The notes under the pieces: model-generated
Databases searched by the model: none
What the model was told of the DNA's origin: nothing
What the model saw: the letters and a program-made list of their open reading frames with translations, nothing else
From: Antedon mediterranea
Lineage: Eukaryota > Animalia > Echinodermata
Direction of reading: 5' to 3'
NCBI RefSeq assembly: GCF_964355755.1
Contig: NC_092671.1
Span: 17,112,001-17,176,000, forward strand
Length of the DNA stretch: 64,000 nt
Program-made: the position numbers and the translations under genes
Shown here: piece after piece, positions 11,901 through 23,734 of the stretch
How positions within the stretch are numbered: the stretch's first letter is position 1
How the letters are laid out: each line of letters starts with the position of its first letter

Positions 11901-14900
11901 TAAAAAATACCCGCAGACAATAATACGAGGATGCTTCGCATTTTCCTATCTCCTCCTACGATAATTGTTTTTAATGGCTGAAAACCGGTTGAACAGCTCG
12001 AGTACAGCATCATAATGTTGAAGACAGGCCGATTTTTTTTTTAAAATACTATTTTGATAGATTTAATATACGTTTATACAAATGTATTGATTTGCGATGA
12101 ATGGAACATTCCAATCTCTGTTCCACAAGTGTCTATTCCCTCAGGCATCGTAAAGGCAAGTACTGTATATACTCATAACAGAAATTCGATCCATTTTTTT
12201 TTTTCAATCTGTGCTGCAGAGGTTGGATATAATTTTTTTAACTGATAATGAGCTAGCGTTTTCAGTCGCCGTATATTATGTACAAATCTTTATTATTGCA
12301 TTTAAACCACCCACATCATCACCCTTCCCTCACTGGCATGAGTAGCGTTGTAAAGCCAGTAGAGGATAGGCCTACGGTGCATCAAATCCCCTAAACGCAG
12401 AACAACTTTGGTGGGTAGGGTAGGAACCAACTTAAGTATGAATTGGCTCTAAGAAACAATTGAAAACCATTAGGCCTACTAATAAAGTTGAGTTAGATAA
12501 TTTAATTTTTATTGACGATTAAGTCGATTTTATGATTTTCCCCGAATAGAGGTGGTTTTCACAAATTGTTTTACATTATATAAACATACACGTCGTAGTG
12601 ATGTATCGTTACATGTACTATACTATTTCAATCGACTAGGACGGTGATAGTTTCAACAAAGTATTACATAGCAATGTTTTACTGTGTTTAGTGATATATT
12701 ATTTGTAAAACATGAAAACAATTAATATTTCGTTACTAAATGGATAAAGAATATATTTAATACATTTAAAAATTGTTCCTCTTTGCACCCATCCTCTTCC
12801 CCATCCCTCACCCCTAATGTTACATACAAAACACAAATTAAGTTTGTTTAAATTTGACTTAAACAATTGGTCTCATTTTGTGACAAGTTTCTCTTTCGGA
12901 AGTAATTCTGAGTGTGCTAATTTTAGTTTGAGAACATAAATCAGTGTCTATTTTCGTTCCTGTAAACGACATGTATTATTGTACGTACATTTGAAATCGC
13001 CAGTTTTTTAACGCTGAAATTATTATGTATTCGAGAACCATCTGTGGGCACGACCTAGATGGTACGCGAGCGAAGCGAGCGTACCATCTAGTCTACCTAA
13101 TTCACTCAAATAAAGCCCCCCTTTATAATATCTAAGTAAATTTTCTATGTTTTTGTAACTTTAATAAGGACCCCATTGGAAATAAGCTGTTTCAGCTTTA
13201 TGGGTTATTCTGGTATGTTGCTTGAGTACCTAAAAAACAAACAAACAAATGCCTTGTTCAATTATTGTTGAGCTGCCTGTTTGAATAAGCACTTGCTATA
13301 CTTGACAAGCAAACCTAAGATGTCAATTTAAAAGGCTTTCTCAGAAGTTCAGTTAAAATTGAAATTAATAATTAAAGTTAACTAAAAAATGGATTTTATT
13401 TAATAGAATATCATACAAGTATAGGTCATTTTATAGGCAGATGACATTTAATATAGCATTGTATGGACTAGACATTCAAATTATTACATGGTTAGTTGCT
13501 TTAGCCAGTCAAATCTAGTACTGCATTTAATTTTCATGAAAATTAAAAGAATATTGTCATACTATAAAAGATGACATGTTTCATTCAATAAGGACAATTT
13601 TAATTATTTAAATACTAAATTACTGTGGAAAAAACACATTTGATTGGAGGATTGTGGGTCACATGATATTTAATAAATACTCTGTTGAACTCTTGATTAC
13701 ATCATCGAGAATGCAAATTACACATGAGTATTATTAGGTGCTTTATAAATCCAGGATATTATTATTTTTACTGCAATTTTGTTTTGCACATTTATTTTTG
13801 TTACACAGTGAGTGACCACACCCGTCACACAAGGCTAGGCTGTTGTATGTAATGCATGCTGTCTATAATGGTTCACTCCGCTTCCAAAATTGGAGCAGTG
13901 CATTTTCATCTCGACCTAGGTATGTCACAAAACAAACAATGAATGTTGTATATTTGTGCAATGGAACAAATAATTTTATTCAGTGGAAGATGAAAATTTG
14001 TTATATTATATAACATTTCATCTTTCACATGAAATTATTTGTACCATTGCACTCATTAACTTTCATTATTTCTATACTGTAATATCTTACCTCCTATAAT
14101 CATGACAATAATTGTAAAAATCTTTTCAGCATCAGTGTTGGCTGAAACGTTGCCGAATCCGACACTTGTCATACTACTTAATGTGTAATACAATGCAGTG
14201 ACATATTTACTCTGTAACGTCAGATTAGCATCGCTCGTTTGACCTAGTGATTCGGTAAGTTCGTTTATCCATCCTACGTGAAAAAATATTTCTTTAAAGA
14301 TGTATTGTCCTCCAAAAAACATGAAAAATGAAGATTAATAAAATCAGACTTTTAATAGGTCATTTTGTAGTTTTAAAAAGTTAATCACTTCCGTAGAAAA
14401 CAAAAATGTTTTCACTTATAAAATGAATGAATGAATAATAAATTATTAAATTCAACCAAAAACCTATTGGTTGCTATATATTAAAGTTTTTTCGGGTAAA
14501 TAATTATTTTTTTCAAGCCAATTTTTGGTCAAAGTGAATAACCATTATATGACATTAAAATGGCATATTCAGCCAAAAAATTGTAAAAATTACTTTTTTC
14601 AGGGGACAATATATCTTTAAGTACTTTATTTATTCAATTTATTAGTCAACATTTTTTTTATAATATATTTACAATAATATTAAATAATATAAATTTAATA
14701 AATAAAAAAAACAGGAAAAGTTAAAGTTAAAATTACAAATATCATACCTATCTCCCAGGGCGTTGTAGCATTCAAATGCTTATCAATTTCCTTTCGTCCT
14801 ATTACATACCAAATACAAGCTAACCAATGTGCTAGAAGACCGAAACCAAAGGTAAGGCACGCTAAAACTATGGCACTGTATTGAGAATACCGATCTATCT

Positions 14901-17900
14901 TGACTCGTAGCAAGCGCAGAAGTCTTACGATCTTTAACATCCCAATATTTCCCCAAACCTTGAAGAAAAAATAAAGAATCATTATTATAATTATTTTTCT
15001 TTATAAATTCTAATATTGGTAAGCTTTCAATTTGTGACGACCGAAGATCAAGGAACAAAGTAGGTCAGATCAATCGGGCTGGACCTAGAAACAATCAAAC
15101 ATATCTTGAGGTGAGGAGCGAGGACACACATCCCGATAAGGATATTACAGAAAAATTCTAAGAAATAAAATGAAAATGGGCAGTGAACTGCATGTGGAGA
15201 CGGGCTTGAACCGATTCCACTCAAGAAAAGTTTACGAATAATTTTTAATATTTGACCTGAAGGACAAATTGTTGCGTTGTGATTGGGGATCTCGTTGTTT
15301 GGTAATGACTGATCATACGCACTTTATTAGTTAAAAAATTAAGTTTGTTTTGGCTGCGGAAACATGGTCTTAAATGTATGTACATCACATTGAGAGGCTG
15401 CATATACGTTCTATAACAACGAATATAATAGCAAGTTTCTAAGACTTACAATAAAAGGTTATCATGAGCAATATTTAAGGATTACTACATTATCAGAAAG
15501 AATTCACTGCACATATCGAAATAAAACAACAAAATCTAACGGCTGTTTTAACAATTCCATGAAGATTTTCTTCTAAATGCCACCTAATCACAGTTAAAAT
15601 AAGAAACATCCCTGTTTGCTAAATTGTTATAAATATAGGATTACAAAGTAAACAGCAGACTACCATATTTAGATTTCTTAGAAATATATACAGCGCCGCT
15701 GTCTGTATACTGAAACCGAAGGAAGAAGAAGCTAATTACACTAGATGTCTCGTATATTGTGTGCGACTACAGGATCTATTCTCTAAAGACTGTAGGAATT
15801 ATCCTGCCTGTAAACTCGACATTATTCAGTATTATTGCATTTGGTATAATAAATTGATCATAAACATGTCAGCCATGCTTTGAATAATGGGGACATATAG
15901 ATGCTTAAGAGAAAATCCAAAACTTGCTAAAAGCAACTAGTTCCATTTTTGCAAATTAAAGTATATAATGCCTTTAGAAGGTATCGGAATTACAATTTAT
16001 CTTTAAAATCATATTTATTATAGTTTTGTTTAAATCAAAGATGTACATAACGTATTTATAAATAGTTTAGAATAGAAGACAACAGATTAACAGTTCACTC
16101 AATATAATCTTTTTTAAATCATTTTATTTATTTATTTAATCTTTCTTTATTCTGAAATACACTTTCAATACAATGTACTGATTTCCAAAGTGGTTCGGTT
16201 CTTAACTACATAAATGTAAACAAAATACAGTATATAAATGGACAAAAGAAAATATAAAATTGAACCTAAAATTATCAAAATCAAATTAACACAATTAAAG
16301 TAAGCACATTTAAAGGTTAAAACATAAATAATTGAGATTTTGAAACAAGATAAAAGAAGTTTTAATCATTGAGCATTAATTAGATTTAGTTTTGAATTAA
16401 AATTAAAGTTTTGAAATTTGTGATTTGAAAGTTGATAAATCAAAATATGACATTATAGTTTTCTATTATTTGCTGCTATTCTAAAATATTTACTTACTTT
16501 CTGGTACATTTTCTATATTACATAAAATCCCCATTTTATGTTTTATAAGATTTTTACAGGGCATGAACCCATTTATCCATCAAATTCAGTTAAAACTAAT
16601 GATTTCAATTAGAGTAGACATAGAGATGTAAATGTTTATGTTCCTAAACCTGAGTATTTAAAACTATTAATGCAGTATCTCTAATAGGGTGGGGCCCGGT
16701 TCAAAATGTTACAATTAATGTCAATTTGTTCTTTTAACAATTGTTCAATAATGTTTTTAAATGTTTTTGTATATTCTGTATAAATCCAAAAGCAAATTAC
16801 TGAAAAATGGCAATGCTGTGGGTATCAGTGGCATGGATTTCAATGAAGATACAAAATGGCAATGCTGTGGGTATCAGTGGCATGGATCTCAATGAAGATA
16901 CAAAATGGCAATGCTGTGGGTATCAGTGGCATGGATCTCAATGAAGATACAAAATGGCAATGCTGTGGGTATCAGTGGCATGGATCTCAATGAAGATACA
17001 AAATGGCAATGCTGTGGGTATCAGTGGCATGGATCTCAATGAAGATACAAAATGGCAATGCTGTGGGTATCAGTGGCATGGATCTCAATGAAGATACAAA
17101 ATGGCAATGCTGTGGGTATCAGTGACATGGATCTCAATGAAGATACAAAATGGCAATGCTGTGGGTATCAGTGGCATGGATCTCAATGAAGATACAAAAT
17201 GGCAATGCTGTGGGTATCAGTGGCATGGATCTCAATGAAGATACAAAATGACAATGCTGTGGGTATCAGTGGCATGGATCTCAATGAAGATACAAAATGA
17301 CAATGCTGTGGGTATTAGTGGCATGGATCTCAATGAAGATACAAAATGGCAATGCTGTGGGTATCAGTGGCATGGATCTCAATGAAGATACAAAATGGCA
17401 ATGCTGTGGGTATCAGTGGCATGGATCTCAATGAAGATACAAAATGGCAATGCTGTGGGTATCAGTGGCATGGATCTCAATGAAGATACAAAATGGCAAT
17501 GCTGTGGGTATCAGTGGCATGGATCTCAATGAAGATACAAAATGGCAATGCTGTGGGTATCAGTGGCATGGATCTCAATGAAGATACAAAATGGCAATGC
17601 TGTGGGTATCAGTGGCATGGATCTCAATGAAGATACAAAATGGCAATGCTGTGGGTATCAGTGGCTGGATCTCAATGGATACAAAATGACAATGCTGTGG
17701 GTATCAGTGGCATGGATCTCAATGAAGATACAAAATGGCAATAATGTGGGTATCAGTGGCATGGATCTCCATGAAGATACAAAATGGCAATGCTGTGGGT
17801 ATCAGTGGCATGGATCTCAATGAAGATACAAAATGGCAATGCTGTGGGTATCATTGGCATGGATCTCAATGAAGATACAAAATGGCAATGCTGTGGGTAT

Positions 17901-19915
17901 CAGTGGCATGGATCTCAATGAAGATACAAAATGGCAATGCTGTGGGTATCAGTGGCATGGATCTCAATGAAGATACAAAATGGCAATGCTGTGGGTATCA
18001 GTGGCATGGATCTCAATGAAGATACAAAATGGCAATGCTGTGGGTATCAGTGGCATGGATCTCAATGAAGATACAAAATGACAATGCTGTGGGTATCAGT
18101 GGCATGGATCTCAATGAAGATACAAAATGGCAATGCTGTGGGTATCAGTGGCATGGATCTCAATGAAGATACAAAATGGCAATGCTGTGGGTATCAGTGG
18201 CATGGATCTCAATGAAGATACAAAATGGCAATGCTGTGGGTATCAGTGGCATGGATCTCAATGAAGATACAAAATGGCAATGCTGTGGGTATCAGTGGCA
18301 TGGATCTCAATGAAGATACACAATGGCAATGCTGTGGGTATCAGTGGCATGGATCTCAATGAAGATACAAAATGGCAATGCTGTGGGTATCAGTGGCATG
18401 GATCTCAATGAAGATACAAAATGGCAATGCTGTGGGTATCAGTGGCATGGATCTCAATGAAGATACAAAATGACAATGCTGTGGGTATCAGTGGCATGGA
18501 TCTCAATGAAGATACAAAATGACAATGCTGTGGGTATCAGTGGCATGGATCTCAATGAAGATACAAAATGGCAATGCTGTGGGTATCAGTGGCATGGATC
18601 TCAATGAAGATACAAAATGGCAATGCTGTGGGTATCAGTGGCATGGATCTCAATGAAGATACAAAATGGCAATGCTGTGGGTATCAGTGGCATGGATCTC
18701 AATGAAGATACAAATAAGAAAAAAGCTAAATCAAAATGATAAAGTAAAACAGCCAGAAAAATTAGAGCAGAGATTTCGAGCAACACTAGCTCTTCATCAG
18801 TACAAGTGAGTGTACTTGGACAAAATTGAGAAAAAGCAGACAAATGCTGCCTGTATATATATTTTATCTGTTTCCATGAATTCATGGAAAAACACCTTGT
18901 TTTGGTGAACTAGTGTTTTATCTTGTACGCTGTACTTTTTTGTGAATAAATAAAGATTGTTGTTGATAGTGTGATGGTGAAGATGATATTTCAGCATGAA
19001 GATCGTATTGATTGTCACACATATTGATATTTTAATATAATATCTGCTATTTACTGTAATTATGAACTGTAACTAACAGTTGAAATACAGTTCATACCAT
19101 ACATGATTTTTATTTACTTATTCAGGTGTAACAAATTTACAAAAAGCAGCCAAAAGTCTGAAAATATTGTATTTACAGCAAAACTACACATAAAATGTAA
19201 ACATACGGAAAGGCATATAAAAAAAACATTAAACAGTATTGCAAGGTTGTTAGATTACTTATCATACATTTCCCACATATTCGTCTTAATTTTTTCATTA
19301 TAATATTATATTTTTATATAATTATTATAATATAATAATTTAAAAATAAAATAGATACAAAACAAACAAAAAACATGGAAGATATAATGAAATAAGGCTC
19401 GACGATTTTATATTTATTATTTTGGTCCCAAACTTTGGACTTCACTCTCAAATGAACTTAAACAGAAATCTTCCTTTTCTAGTTTTAAATCTAATTTCAA
19501 ACACAAAATGGTGTCAGAATATGCTACATAATTTTTCGCCGATCTTTTATCCTTATTTAATTGGTGGTGATACATGGCATTAAATCCTTCACCCTGGTAT
19601 TCAATAATCTCCGCTACATTGTATCGTTATACTTGTTATTATACCATATTTAATTATATTTCATATTGTACTCTAATTGTTATCATTATCCCTTTTATCA
19701 TTATATTATATAATTGCCTGGTTTATCTTAACTTCTATAATTTAAATTTTTTTTTATTTTTGATTTTATGTACTTTCACTATTATATATTTATATTTTAG
19801 TCTACTCTGTAGCAATGTTAGTATACTTATAGGCATACGGGGGTCACGACTTAAAGTTCAGTGAACTTACTGTGACCTCCATCCACCCACATTTAATATA
19901 TGTTATGTAAAATGT

Positions 19916-19955
<40 letters not shown>

Positions 19956-22900
19956 TGAGTGGAAAAAAATAAATAAACGAAATGAAACGAAACAAAAATA
20001 AAATGAAACAAGATATATGGTTTAGTATAAAATTGTATAAAAACATAATGATTTAATTTATTCATTATTTTTTTTATTGATGTATTTTAATATTGTTCAT
20101 CAATACAGTTGGTATCAGTGACTGGATCTTTATCCCAACTTTAAAATAACCAAAAAAAGCTAAATCAAAAAGATAAAGCCAGATGGAAGTTGCAGAGCTT
20201 TTGGGTAGTACTAACCTTTTCTGAGTGCAAGTACTATTTTAATATTATGATATACTACAGTAATGCAATAAGATTTATATATTTATTATAAAGGCAAATT
20301 ACTGAAAAAATGAAAATGCTGTGGGTATCACTGGCGATATCTCAATAGAGATACAAAAAAAAGCGAAAAGCTAAATCGAAACGATAAAGTAAAACAGTAA
20401 AAATGACATTTACAGTATATTATATAAATGTCATTATTAATAATAAATTTCTCTCAATGTTATTTCAGTGTTATTTATAAGTTTATAATTTTATAAAAAA
20501 TATTTGTTTAATGCCATTCAGCTTTTGGTTACTATTTTTTATATGTACCCAAATAAAATATATTTTTACTAATTGACTAATAAATATACCCACTAATACT
20601 CTTGATGTTTTTTTGTTCTCTTTGTGAGATTCACTCACTTTTATTTCATATTTTTGTTACATACTGTACTCATTCTTAATAAATACATTTCTTTGTAATC
20701 AAAGTATAATACAGTATAATATAACACCACAGGCGCCAAACATTAATTTTGAACCACACGGGTGATATTCTGAAAATTAATTATATAATATATAATATAC
20801 TTATATTTCTTTAATATTTCTTTCTTATATGTTAAGTTTCCCATTCTTAATGTTAATCAATATAAATTACAATAATGTAATATGTGTTATTAATGTATGT
20901 TATTAATTTAATCTGTTATTAATGGCATCAGGTGTATTACTAAATATTATCATAATGATAATTTTTAAATGTAAGATATTAGAGAAATTTGCAACAAATA
21001 CACAAGATCTGAATACTTAAATCGTTGTCACAATCGTAGTGTCTGTTTTTACACGATACTTGGTGGATATATGCTATTAATATTCATCCTACTATCTTTA
21101 GTAGTACTCATGAAAATGTAAACTGCAATATCAGTGATTACTTCATCAAGATTGGTCATCTTTAATAGCGAGAAAATTTATTCTGCAATGACTAGTAAAA
21201 GAATGATGTAGGCTCTGAGTTGAAAATCGTCGATAATGGGTTATTGCAATCACATTGTAATGGTCATTACAGTTTAGCTATCATTCGAGTGCTATTTCTA
21301 GATAAACTGTACTTAAAAAGTCATAAGTTCGGACAGTTCTCTTAATCAAAATAGGAAACTTCGGTTTTCTATTTATCAAGGAATAATTTTTAAGACAGTA
21401 TTTTCTTAAGATCAAGAAACTTGCTTTTTAAATACAATGATTAAGTTTGCTCTCTTATGTATTTAAAAAAATACTATAAATACAAACAGAAAAGAATTGA
21501 CGTCAATATCTAGACGTAAGCAGTATATTATAAATGTGAATACAGTTTATTAATAAAAAGTCTAAAAGAAAACTGAAAATAAAAAACACCTTTTCTCAAT
21601 TATTAGTATTTTATGAGCAATTGAATTACTGTATTATATACGGTAGTTACAAACAATTTCAATTACATCCTATGACATTCTCTAGAAAATTAACTGATAA
21701 TTAGCAGATAAAAATTTACCGATAATAAAGTGCCTGTGGAAACAGAGTTTAACCGATTCCGCTCAAGAATCATTAACTGATAATTATCTCATTCAAATCA
21801 GATAATTATCGGATAAATGCGATAATTTTTAACCTTTGACCTAAAGGAAAAATTGTTGGGTTGTGATTGGGCACCTGGTTGTTTGGTAACGCCTGATCAT
21901 GTGCACTTTATTTTTTAATTAACTACCTGATATTGGTTAAAAAAATGAACTAATAATTTGTTTTAGTGTCAAGTATCTTTTGTTTTATATCTATTTTTGC
22001 ATTTTCATTCCAACCTTAAGAAGAACAGGAATGGAATGATGTGGTATCTATCAGCGATGGTATTGAAATAGAACCAAATTAGGTATAGAAACATAGGGTC
22101 AATAAAATAAACTATTCCTATATGTAAACCGTTCAAACAATATTATTATTATTATAAAAACATTTCTTTCTTCATACTTCTTTCCAAGTACTCTCACTTG
22201 CACTGAATAGGGGTTAATTCTACCCGAAAGCTCTTCAATTTCTTTCTGGTTGTTTGAATCTATTTTTTTTAATTCACTTTTTCCTTTTATTTGTATCTCT
22301 ATTGGGATTCAGCTACTCACAGCATTGTCGTTTTTTTAGTAATTTGCCTTTTTAATTAAACTAAAATAAACTAACAAATACTTACTGTATCAATTTTGGC
22401 AATTAAAGTAATTAGGTCAAATGGTATTGCAGCGACTAGATCAATGAAAAACCATGTCTTGAGATAGTTGATGGCAATTTGAGGTGGATGGTATATCACT
22501 GTTCCATCTTTACTCACAAATGTTGTTCGGAAATTTATAACAAGATCTAAAAGAAAAAACAGTGTAAAAAATGGCATACTGATAATAATAATATTTCTTT
22601 TTGGTATTAAAATAGAACCCTTTTAAGAGGTCCAACCAAATGTCCCCTTAACAGAGGTCAGCTATAGCGTTTAAACATATATATTTTCATTTTACTGGAA
22701 AGTGTCCCCATAATAGGAACGTCCTAAAAGTTCTACTTTACAAATGATTTCAGGCGAATGTGAGTATGACTTTCCGTTAATAGAGTATCAAAATATATTT
22801 TCAGAGCATTATATTGACAGATATAGTATGGCAATTAGGTAATGTTTTTGATAAAGTGTATAATTGTAAAAAGTAAAGTAAAAATAGCCTATTCATACAC

Positions 22901-23699
22901 AATGATTTGTAAAAATACTCAGAATAATCACACAAATGAATGAAGACTTTGACCATGTTCTATTTATAGCCTTATCACTTGTTTGCTTTTAATAGAAGGT
23001 TACTTCAACAAATAGATTTTAGCATACAGCTATAATTTGTATTATTTACAGATATGTTTCTATTTTTACACAATAATTATTAATTGTTATTTATGTATTT
23101 CATAAATCATATTCATTTTACAAATACTTTCTTTGTATGATTTACTGTACAACAGAGTATTGTAATTTATATCTTAGGATTACAGAATTCATTCTCTTGT
23201 TAATAAAATGTTTTAAAAAAATCAATAATAGTAGAGGTTCTACTTCCATGTAAATGTTGACTATATTTATATTTAATTGTAATGTCTGCTCTATCTCCAT
23301 ATAATAAAATGTCAAAAATAAGATATATAGTACTTTGTATTAATTGATAGCTGTTTAAAGAATAGAGTACATATAAAAAATCCTATACGTTTTTGTCTTT
23401 TATATGTAATAAATGTTCACTAAGTTTGTGTTTATTGATTGTAATGTATGTCCAAGAAATTAAACAAAATCCTATTATAGTATAAACATAAAGTTGGTTT
23501 CTAGAAATAGCGTACAATTCTATTTTTAGGAATACTTTTTTTGCGCTTGACATACAATAAATGTTCTATTGCTGTTCTACACTGCTTTGTCAAGAATTCT
23601 TTCAACACGGCAATTAGCGTGCGTTACGCATGGTGGGAAGGATTTGGGAGATAACGTCATGACGCATACATATAGGATTTGTAATCGATCGCATGTGTT

Positions 23700-23734
<35 letters not shown>

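Larger units (their letters stand above)
16780..18810 (-). mobile_element. Hammerhead-bearing short dispersed element (Penelope-like/retrozyme-like), expanded by an internal tandem array
   Basis: Both ends match the ~170-bp copies at 53194-53352 and 58151-58320 (AAATCCAAA.GCAAATTACTG ... AAAGCTAAATCAAAA.GATAA ... CTTCATCAGT.CAAGT). Confidence 0.75.

Noticed and set aside
16804-18711. CRISPR-like regular array and ORFs 17542..17823 / 18601..18885
   Set aside because: Units are contiguous with no unique spacers, there are no cas genes, and the context is a eukaryotic intron; the ORFs are by-products of the 49-bp period
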